From: Tubiluchus corallicola
Taxonomy: Eukaryota > Animalia > Priapulida
Direction of reading: 5' to 3'
NCBI GenBank assembly: GCA_030141605.1
Contig: JAQGDQ010000930.1
Location: 1-15,842 of the forward strand
Length of the DNA stretch: 15,842 nt
Shown here: positions 1-9,944 of the stretch, one piece after another
How the letters are laid out: every line of letters begins with the position of its first letter
How positions within the stretch are numbered: position 1 is the stretch's first letter
Notes under the pieces: generated by a model
Database searches by the model: none
What the model was told of the DNA's origin: nothing
The model's input: only the letters and a program-made list of their open reading frames with translations
Translations under genes and position numbers: made by a program

Positions 1-437
1 CTTCACTCACTGACCAGCCAGGTGCGCAAAGATTCATTAATACCTGTATAGATTGAACACTGAAACAGCACATGCTGTGCTCTGTGGTTGATCATTCATT
101 GAGAAATGTTAGCTTATTATTTTTCGACGATTTTGAACATCTTTGAAAAGCTTACAAAAGATTACCACGAAAACATGATATCAGCACGCGATTTACCACT
201 AGTCAACATTTCATCGATATTTTCATTCAATCCGTCTTAAGTTCGTTATGAATGTGGCATAAATTGACTGAAAAGTATTGAGTATTTTTAAAGTCGCCAT
301 TTGTTGATCAAGTAAAGCCGCGATGTTGTTTGTTGTTGTGCAGTCATAGATGTAGCACTGACGAGTCATAGATATAATTCTTACACGTGTGGAGGGTGAT
401 GTTGTAAACCGGGTTCTCAGCTGTGAAGTAAAGCAGG

Positions 438-606
438 ATGGAGAACAGTAACTCTTCCTCGCCTGTCGTCCCTCTTGGTTCACCTACCAAAGGTGAAATT
501 GGTGAAGTGCAACATGGTGAGAACTTGCGCCACGTGGAGGGCTTGACGTGGGACGATGCAACATGGATTCTAACCAGCTCTTTTATTATTTTCACCATGC
601 AATCTG
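438..606 (+). CDS. amt: Ammonium transporter (Amt family, amt-3-like), coding exon 1
   Basis: ATG at 438 with an in-frame TAA at 429-431. Encodes MENS...TWDDATWILTSSFIIFTMQS(G), the typical TM1 of animal Amt proteins. Ends at the donor G|GTAAGT (607-612), phase 1. Confidence 0.92.
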
Positions 607-639
607 GTAAGTGGTGGCAAAGTGGATTGGAAGGTGGGT

Positions 640-1033
<394 letters not shown>

Positions 1034-1309
1034 TTTGATTTGATTTGATTTAACCCTTTGTTTCAGTTTCAATTACAGTTCATAAGTTTGTGCGCAACAT
1101 TTTCTGCCACAATTGTTTTCTCTTTGTGCTTAGCAAACAACTGAACGTACAAACTGACTAACCAATCAACAAACGAAAGAAAAAAAACTGAAAACCAGAC
1201 AGACTACAGACAATCAAATAAATACACAGCTAGCCATCAAGTGCTCGCTATTGCAGTTTGCTGGTTTGTGTAATATGAACGTAATTCGATTCTTATTGTT
1301 ACAAGGATA

Positions 1310-1750
1310 GAAATAATTGATTCATATCTGTGGGGTTGCACTTTGGGTAGTCAAACAAAAGAGCATCTACTTTTTCATTGTACGTTACCATTTCTTATGC
1401 AAAAAATAACAGTGAATCTCGAACGTGGTTTAGAACATAATGATATTCAGACCAATTACAGAAAGAGAGACACCAACGTAATTAAAATGTATATAGATAT
1501 TGTAAAAGAACTAACCCAAAATGATTTTATAGCAAATTGATTATACTGGCATACTGTTTATGTAGGAATGATATCAACATAAGATTATTTATGTATGTAT
1601 AAATTGGTAACTATGAAGAATTAAATGTAAACACTTATTTAATGTACATAATGTAGACTTTTTTAGCATTTTTGTACTTATGTGCCCTGCAAATAGAGGG
1701 CTTCTTGTATCATTTTGAATAAAGTTCTTTAATAATAATAATAATAATAA
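1310..1750 (+). mobile_element. Degenerate 3' end of a non-LTR retrotransposon (L1/Tx1-like ORF2 C-terminus, 3' UTR and (TAA)n tail)
   Basis: Reads DSYLWGCTLGSQTKEHLLFHC, a decayed CxxC..EHLxxxC zinc knuckle, then IKMYI. Followed by an AT-rich UTR, a GCCCT/AGGGC hairpin, AATAAA at 1718-1723 and (TAA)n at 1730-1750. Confidence 0.5.
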
Positions 1751-1867
1751 TCTCTCTCTTCTTTCTCTCTTTCTCTCTCTCCCCTCTCTTTCATTCTCTC
1801 TCTCTTTTTCTCTCTTTCTCTCTCTTTTTTCTCTCTCTCTTCTCTGTTTCTCTCTCTCTTTCTCTTT

Positions 1868-1933
<66 letters not shown>
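1751..1933. repeat. (CT)n microsatellite / polypyrimidine tract
   Basis: Interrupted, then pure, CT dinucleotide run. Confidence 0.97.
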
Positions 1934-1936
<3 letters not shown>

Positions 1937-2220
1937 CAGATACTCATGCGGAAACGTATAGAGAAAGGGTTATTTCAATTTATCTATTGAAAACAGACAC
2001 AAATAATCAGAACAGTAGCACAAATTTTTGTAGCTCAAATATTGGAATTGGTTGAGCAAGAGGAAAGCCAGCGAAAATGATGATTTTGGAAAACGATGAG
2101 AGATCAGCTCAAAAATTAGTACGAGAAAAATTGACTGGCATGGACAGAGAATTAGAGGCATTAAACGACAATTTAGAATTGTAGTAGCGTAATGTAGAAT
2201 GGTTAGCTTGTTTAGTAAGA

Positions 2221-2345
2221 AACTGTGAAGAATTTGGTGTAAAAATTTATCCAATGTACGTAGTGTTGATATTTATTTAACATTGTTGTACGTATGTGCC
2301 CTGCAAATAGAGGGCTTATTGTATCATTTTGATAAAAGATTTTTT
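2221..2345 (+). repeat. Second copy of the retroelement-like 3' tail seen at ~1609-1724
   Basis: TATGTGCCCTGCAAATAGAGGGCTT.TTGTATCATTTTGA is nearly identical in both copies. Looser similarity (aact.tgaagaatt...tgtaaa...aatgtac) extends about 60 bp upstream. Confidence 0.75.
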
Positions 2346-2386
2346 ATGAATAACTAATAAAAAGGTGGTCAGGTGGCGTAGTCATC

Positions 2387-2515
2387 GACCGGGTGGTGTA
2401 GCTCAAAGGTAGCGCGCTCGGAGGTCGTGCGTTCAACTCTCGACGGAGTCATACTGAAGTCTTCAAAATTCGTACCGCTGGTTCTTCGACAAGCGCGCGG
2501 GTTTATCGAAGTAAC
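2387..2515 (+). mobile_element. tRNA-derived SINE remnant
   Basis: Pol III A-box-like TAGCTCAAAGG (2399-2409) and B-box-like GTTCAACTC (2431-2439), with no anticodon arm. Followed by GTCATACTGAAGTCTTCAAAATTCGTAC, which resembles (from memory) the central Meta-type domain of invertebrate SINEs. Confidence 0.6.
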
Positions 2516-2571
2516 ATGCGGGTAATAATAATCGGGACCATGTTGGATATAAGTTTCGAGTTATTTAAGGT

Positions 2572-3659
2572 GTTAGTTTAAACATAATTTATTATAGGAT
2601 TGGATCAGATAGTTTGAACAACATGATTTAGGATCCTCACCACAACAGACTTTATACAATATTTACAAGAACATTTACAGTAAGAATCGACTATAACTAC
2701 ACAAGCTGACAAGTTTTACTACAAGATTACATTAGACATTAGTAATATTTACAGTAAGAATAGACTATAACTACACAAGCTGACAAGTTTTACTACAAGA
2801 TTACATTAGACATTAGTAACATTTACAGTAAGAATACACTATAACTACACAAGCTGACAAGTTTTACTACAAGATTACATTAGACATTAGTAACATTTAC
2901 AGTAAGAATAGACTATAACTACACAAGCTGACAAGTTTTACTACAAGATTACATTAGACATTAGTAACATTTACAGTAAGAATAGACTATAACTACACAA
3001 GCTGACAAGTTTTACTACAAGATTACATTAGACATTAGTAACATTTACAGTAAGAATAGACTATAACTACACAAGCTGACAAGTTTTACTACAAGATTAC
3101 ATTAGACATTAGTAACATTTACAGTAAGAATAGACTATAACTACACAAGCTGACAAGTTTTACTACAAGATTACATTAGACATTAGTAACATTTACAGTA
3201 AGAATAGACTATAACTACACAAGCTGACAAGTTTTACTACAAGATTACATTAGACATTAGTAACATTTACAGTAAGAATAGACTATAACTACACAAGCTG
3301 ACAAGTTTTACTACAGTGATACATTAGACATTAGTAGAAAATGACGGTTAGTAAATATTAATGTACGAATATTTAAGACTGATGCATTTCATATCAGATA
3401 GAAACTACTGGAAGCGTTTAGTACGTAATATAAAGTCATGTATGCATTGGAATATTTTACAGTTAGCAACATAGTTAAATTCATCTTTTCCAAATAATAA
3501 CAACTTCAACAGATCATTAATTCCTAAGGCAGCTATATTAAGGTTTTCGAGCAGAAGTATTTCATTTAGTTTATCAAACATAACAACCCTAGCTAGTTGA
3601 TGCAATGGGCAGTGCAGCAAAACGTGTTCAACAGACTCAAATCGAAATCCACAATTACA
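2572..3659 (-). mobile_element. 5'-truncated LINE (CR1-group-like) with 9-bp target-site duplication
   Basis: Minus strand encodes CNCGFRFESVEHVLLHCP...LLLFG...NCKIFQCIHDFILRTKRFQ* (3659-3405), a typical ORF2 C-terminal CCHC knuckle. The 3' end reads AATAAATTATGTTTAAACTAA (2593-2573). Flanked by the direct repeat ATTTAAGGT (2563-2571 and 3660-3668). Confidence 0.8.
2671..3336. repeat. Minisatellite, 9 x 74 bp
   Basis: Unit ACATTTACAGTAAGAATAGACTATAACTACACAAGCTGACAAGTTTTACTACAAGATTACATTAGACATTAGTA starts at 2671, 2745, ... 3263. Copies are near-identical. Confidence 0.98.
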
Positions 3660-3683
3660 ATTTAAGGTCTCATCCTTGGACTA

Positions 3684-4001
3684 TGTCCTTAACGAAATTA
3701 CTGTTATCCGAAAATTTCGCTGTACTACACAGACTATGTGATACACATTACTAATATGCATTGTTTACACTCTCTGTCCTGAAAGTAGAAATATATGGTT
3801 TGTAATATAAATTTTAATAACTTGTAAAATAGTTTCTTGAGTGTAGTAGTAATGATGTACGCAGGTCGGATGCAAAAAATCGTTATTAGGCCTTTCTGTA
3901 CTTGGCTCCTTGATCAAACTGCCTGTGGCCCGCAGGAAGGGGAGTTTAATGGGGTGTTTGGTTTGTGTCCTTAACGAAATTACTGTTATCCGAAAATTTC
4001 G
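3684..4001. repeat. Exact 36-bp direct repeat (3684-3719 and 3966-4001) flanking a 246-bp segment
   Basis: TGTCCTTAACGAAATTACTGTTATCCGAAAATTTCG is present twice. Confidence 0.95.
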
Positions 4002-4009
4002 TGTTGCAG

Positions 4010-4559
4010 GTTTTGGGTTGTTGGAGTCTGGGGCGGTCACCAGGAAAAATGAGATCAACATAATGGTCAAGAACGTAGTGGACGTCGTCTTTGGCGGGAT
4101 CACCTTTTGGTTATTCGGTTATTCGTTCTCGTTTGGCAGCGACAAAGGAAGTAACCCCTTCTTCGGTATCGGACGATTCTGTGTCGACGCAGAAGACGAG
4201 GAAATGGGAGTAGTCTTCTCCCAGTTCGTGTTCCAGCTGTCATTTTCCACGACTTCGACGACAATCGTATCCGGTGCTATGGCGGAAAGAACCAAACTTT
4301 CGGCTTACATCATATTCTCGTTCATGAATACGATTGTCTACTGCATGCCCGCCTCTTGGGTGTGGCGAACTGGCGGGTTCCTCTACGAACTGGGCGTGGT
4401 AGACATTGCTGGTGCCGGCGTGGTGCATCTCACTGGTGCAACTGCTGGTTTGGTGGCGACGCTGATGCTGAAGCCCAGACAAGGTCGCTACGATGCAGGG
4501 CAGTCGAGACCTCCAATGGGTTCTCCAACCAATGCTCTTGTAGGACTTTTCATGCTATG
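4010..4559 (+). CDS. amt: Ammonium transporter coding exon 2
   Basis: Acceptor TTGCAG| (AG at 4008-4009) joins exon 1 to give MQSGFGLLESG. Contains Amt motifs KNEINIMVKNVVD, FQLSF, TIVSGAMAER, WVW and DIAGAGVVHLTG (conserved Asp and first pore His). Donor TG|GTAAGT at 4560, phase 2. Confidence 0.96.
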
Positions 4560-4793
4560 GTAAGTTTGTTTTTTGCTATATTTTTTAATAGTTATGTTTA
4601 TAAACTAAATGTATTTATTGAAAATCACATATAACATTTATGTATACTATATACATATATATATATATATGTATATGTTATTAACTGTTATAGAGTTAGC
4701 TATATTCGTTTGATTACGCATGCAATATATGTATAATGAAATTATATAAAGAATGCATTGAATGTACTTCTGCAAACAGAGAATAAGTTAGAT

Positions 4794-5240
<447 letters not shown>

Positions 5241-5436
5241 TCACCAGAGAAACTACCCCTTCTTTTTTCTTGTTTTGCTGATGCCATCACATTTATTCAT
5301 TTTATCGATGTAATACTGGCACTTACTAGAAATATGGAATCCGTATTTCTTCGAGGAAGCAATGTGTAATAATTTCATGGCAACGTCTGTCTTTGATTTT
5401 TGGTTTTGTTTTAGCATCTATTATCTATATTAGTTA

Positions 5437-5468
5437 TATCATGATCATGATCATGATCATGATCATCA

Positions 5469-5500
<32 letters not shown>

Positions 5501-5678
5501 ATTGTTATCGTCATCATCATCGTCATCGTAATCATCATCATTATCATCATCATCATCATCACCCTTATCATCATCATCATCATCATCGTCGTCATTGTCA
5601 TTAATCATCGTCATCATCACCATCACCCTTATCATAGATATCATCGTCATCACTGCCTTCCCTCCATCACCATCATTG

Positions 5679-5729
<51 letters not shown>

Positions 5730-5851
5730 CTCTTATCATCGACATTATCATCATCACTGCCTTCCCTGCCATCACCATCATTGTCATCATCAGCATAATC
5801 ATTATCATTATCATCAGCATCAGCATCAGCATCATCATCGATGCTGTCATT
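5437..5851. repeat. Degenerate (ATC)n microsatellite
   Basis: ATC/GTC/AGC triplet runs. Confidence 0.95.
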
Positions 5852-7127
5852 GTTAAAGCAGCATGGCAGCAGCTCTCGCTTCGGATTCACGTTATGTACT
5901 AAATTTCCATACTGTTGCGATTTTTGTATATTGTACAGCCGGAGATACTTTTTTCACTATAAATGAATTATCGATCTTATCATTTCATTGTTGTTGGTAC
6001 CGGAAGCGGAACAATTCAAGGTGAAATAGCAAATATGAAATCCCTATAAGCAGCTTGCTTCTGAAACTGATGGCTTGGTACAGTTTAACTAACACCAGCC
6101 TACTGCTTCTTACTCGGAAGCCATACATGCAACTGAGCAAACCGCTGAAGCCAAATATTAAACAAGCAGGTGGAAAACAGAAGGCGCCCTCTGTCGTTTC
6201 ACTTTAGCTGAGCAGGTAAAAAGAATAATAGGTTTCTAGTACGTGTATATTGTTTTGTCTATGAATACGATTTTTTGTATAAGCTCACATTGATAATAGT
6301 AAAATGCAAGTTTCTATTGGCGATGATGTTACAGATCTCTATACGTGAGTTTCTGAATTTGCGGGGATTGTGTGTCTCTCGTAATGATAGTAACTAGCAA
6401 AAAATTTTGCGTATAAATGCACTTATAATCAAAAATACGCGAACATCCTACATAGTCCTCATTTATAACGCAAAGCCAGTAGCAGCTTTTACTGAATTAA
6501 AGTTATGAGGTTATAGGCAGAGCATAATGGATGACGTCAGAACAATGGCTTTGCGTCAGCAGTTTTCTAAGCGAAAATTGCCGAAAATGGAACATCTAAT
6601 TAATTCCTCGCCTCTCCTCTTGGTGGACGCGTCCTAAAATATAGCCCACACCATCGTGTAGCCCTACTCTATCTCTTTCTAGAGAGCCATATATCTCCTT
6701 CCAAGAGTCCTACCAGGCGCCGCTAGAACGTTTTTTCTACAGGCCGCTGGGTCCGGGAAAAAGTAATACGACACAGTAAACGTCGCGTAACTTGAAATCA
6801 CATAACTCAAATTTTCGCCAAACTCGGAGAATTTCATCGGAACGGATGAAATCCTTCGTTTTTACCACAAAAAACATCGCTTAACTCAAAATATATAACT
6901 CAAAATTTCGCCTAACTCAAAACATTATTGTCCATTTAATCAAAATACATGTAATTTACTTTGCCTAACTCAAAAATGCAATTTATGACTATAGAGAAAT
7001 AAAAAGTTTCGTACAACTAAAAACAGTATCGTCTTCTGGGAAAATTCTGATGTCTTACAAGTGGCTCGCCCTGGTTATTGGACGCACAAACTGAACTGTG
7101 GGTACGTAAGACATTGGTAGCCCTACT

Positions 7128-7219
7128 GTCATCGTCATCGTCATCATCATCATCATCATCATCACCATCATTGTCATCATCAGCATAATCATTGTCATTA
7201 TCATCAGCATCAGCATCAG
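7128..7219. repeat. (ATC)n tract that duplicates part of the 5437-5851 tract
   Basis: 7160-7219 matches 5770-5829 with one mismatch. Confidence 0.9.
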
Positions 7220-7444
7220 TTTATTCTGTCATATTGTTTAATAGTGTTGTGTACGCGTCCTTTTGTAACATAAAAAAATCGTGTTTCACTACAGAATTTC
7301 TTATTCTTTATGTAATTGTCATCAAATCTCGTCGTTTATGTATAGAAGGGTTGATTTTCTGCCGTTTATTTAGCTGTCTGGAGGAGGGTTTAGAGTTTCT
7401 ATGCTGGAAAATGGTCATAGTCGGTTAAAACAAAATATCGTTAA

Positions 7445-7990
7445 AGGAAGACCGGATGATTGTTTAGACTCAATCTCATTTTAATTTACTGTCCAAAATA
7501 TACATTTTGTTGCCTATAAAAGTTAACTATTGTTCTTATATTTGAATAATTAGCTTAGAAAGTTAATTAACGGCAACCGAACACCGCTGTTGCTTACGTC
7601 AGAAACTAACCACAATTTGTGCAATGGCAGGCGTCTTCCCTTGCGCGTCAAGTACATTTGGTGTTACAGTACTGTTGATACACATGATATCACGAAAAAT
7701 GGGCTCTACATTATATGACGTCAGAAACTAATACTGCAGTTCGTGATCATGGTTATTACGGTACCGCCTTTTATTTGTCGGCCACGCGAACGTGACAAAA
7801 AAGCGTCGCTGAAAAATCTTAGTAGATTCACTAAGCCGCGCGTAACTTTGAAAGTTTAACGAAATTTGAGTATTCGAGGTAATTATTATTTAATCTAAGC
7901 TTTGATATATAAAAAAAGCTATTGTAGTTTTCAATATTTTAGAGCATTCGTTATTCTGAACTCGTGTTTACACAATCATCCGGTTTTCCT
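7445..7990. mobile_element. Non-autonomous DNA transposon (MITE), Kolobok-like, copy 1
   Basis: TIRs AGGAAGACCGGATGATTGT / ACAATCATCCGGTTTTCCT (18/19 match). TTAA on both sides (7441-7444 and 7991-7994). AG..CT termini with a TTAA target fit Kolobok rather than piggyBac (CCY termini). No ORF. Confidence 0.88.
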
Positions 7991-8060
7991 TTAAACTCAG
8001 TTGGACTTGAGTTATAAGACTTTACTGTTGTGTAGCCAAATGCAAGGTGCCATCTTCCAA

Positions 8061-8372
8061 TATCTACATGTCCCTGGCAATGCTAATTATAGTGTTGCCA
8101 AGCGTACGATGTTATCTACTTGTCCCTGGCAATGCTAATTATAGTGTTGCCAAGCGTACGATGTTATCTACTTGTCCCTGGCAATGCTAATTATAGTGTT
8201 GCTAAGCGTACGATGTTATCTACATGTCCCTGGCAATGCTAATTATAGTGTTGCCAATCGTACGATGTTATCTACTTGTCCCTGGCAATGCTAATGATAG
8301 TGTTGCCAAGCGTACGATGTTATCTACTTGTCCCTGGCAATGCTAATTATAGTGTTGCCAAGCGTACGATGT
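8061..8372. repeat. Minisatellite, 6 x 52 bp, with an internal hairpin in each unit
   Basis: Unit TATCTACTTGTCCCTGGCAATGCTAATTATAGTGTTGCCAAGCGTACGATGT starts at 8061, 8113, 8165, 8217, 8269 and 8321. Confidence 0.97.
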
Positions 8373-8816
8373 ATAGGTACAGAGGAAAATGTAGAAAAAG
8401 ACGAGAGACAGCAGGAAAATGAGATAATAAATTATTAAGTGAAGTATAGTGGATAGTACGTTGTGTGAGCTGTGTGTAGCTGTTTATAAACGTTTGAGAA
8501 ATGGCAAAGCTATTAAGACTTTATTTACGAAATAACACATTTATTAAATATCAGCACAATAGATATAATATATATATAGCGATGCCAAGGCCCCTGATTC
8601 TACGAGAGAGACGTTCCAACTTCCAGGTGTACTGTCAGATCCGACTTTGCTGCCGGCTGATGTGGTCAATTACGCCATCACGTGGCACCACTCCTTAGCA
8701 CTCCTTATTTGGCTTTCTTCTGTGAGCCTCTTATTAACATAATTATTTAACATATAGTATAATTTAACAGGTTCTCTTTACTATGAGAAAGAAAAAAGCC
8801 ATATTTTAGATAAACA

Positions 8817-9033
8817 TTTGTAGGCTCAGTTTTGTATGCAGATGATGTAACCTTGCTTGCTGGCTAAACATGTGTGAAATATGTGGTAAACATTGGAGTA
8901 TTACTTTTAATCCAAAGAAGACGATGTTGTTATATTTTGGAAAAAGTTCTCCGGGATGTGGAAGCATTAACTTACTACCCAGTGAAAACAAATAGAATCT
9001 CTCCACCACTTTAAAAAGAAATTAAAAGAATAT
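8817..9033 (+). mobile_element. Decayed LINE reverse-transcriptase fragment(s), CR1/L2-group-like
   Basis: FVGSVLYADDVTLLA (YADD at 8835-8846), then after a frameshift/deletion LNMCEICGKHWSITFNPKKTMLLYFG (8864-8941). Then LLPSE/KQIESLHHFKKKLKEY (8972-9033), typical of the ORF2 end. An AT-rich, UTR-like region follows. Confidence 0.78.
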
Positions 9034-9944
9034 CAATATAACAGGTTTCAACTTCCACATTGTGCATCTAATACTAATTACACAGACTCAACTTTCATCT
9101 ACCCCCGCCCCTGACTCCATAAAACGATTAAAAATGATTTTTTTTAAAGAATTATGTAATGTAATACGTGTCATGTTAGTTTTGTAATGTCAAATGTATA
9201 AATAGTGTAAATGTAATTAGTGAAATTTGTGTAATGTAAAGCATGTTTCTGTTAATTGTGTCATGTCAAATGTATATATAATGTAAAATATGTCATGTAA
9301 AATTTAATGTACTTTTGCAATATTGTTTTGTAAAAATATTTTAATATGGCGTTTGTAAATATGTTCATTTATTATATATATAATTAGGCCTTAGTTTTGC
9401 ACTTTAATTTTTTTAGTATGCACTGGACGCATTTGTCTTGAACAGTGTTGTTATTTTAACATTACGCTGAGGCTTACTCAATTTTATTATAATGAGTGAA
9501 CCATTTTAAAGACAAATAAAGAATTAATATATATATATTGTTTTCTGCCATGTTATTGAAGTGGAAAAATGGTGTAAAATGTTTAGGACGTGATATTAAA
9601 ATTGATAAAGACTTTGCAGTTGATATTACAAGACTGAAATGTAAATATTGAGTAAATATGTAAAAAATGTAAACAAAAACAACGCAATAGTGACAAAAAA
9701 ACACTAACCAGTTCTTATTGTCTTCCTCTTTTGTTGGGTGTGAAAATGGTGGCAATTCCACTATAGATGAGAATGTAATTAGAGTGAATTGGTACTGTGT
9801 GTTCTATAGAAAAATATTTGACTTTAAACAAAATGAAAGTCTAAAACTACTTATGTATTACTGTGGTACCATCCCAGCAAATTTTTTGATTGGCAGTCGT
9901 AAATTGTGATTTTTTAAGTAGAATCAAAATTCTTTCTCTCTTTG

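Noticed and set aside
2390-2445. Possible tRNA gene
   Set aside because: A/B-box-like motifs are present, but there is no anticodon arm or full cloverleaf. Better explained as a SINE head.
3910-4009. 5' extension of the 217-aa ORF (MIKLPVARRK...)
   Set aside because: Intronic read-through. Amt similarity starts at the acceptor at 4010 and joins exon 1.
4348-4365. PASWVW instead of the common PAHWVW in the Amt
   Set aside because: This His is not one of the twin pore histidines and, as far as I recall, varies among animal Amts. Not evidence of altered function.
6184-6196. GCGCCCTCTG, CTCF-like motif
   Set aside because: Partial single match that could easily occur by chance.
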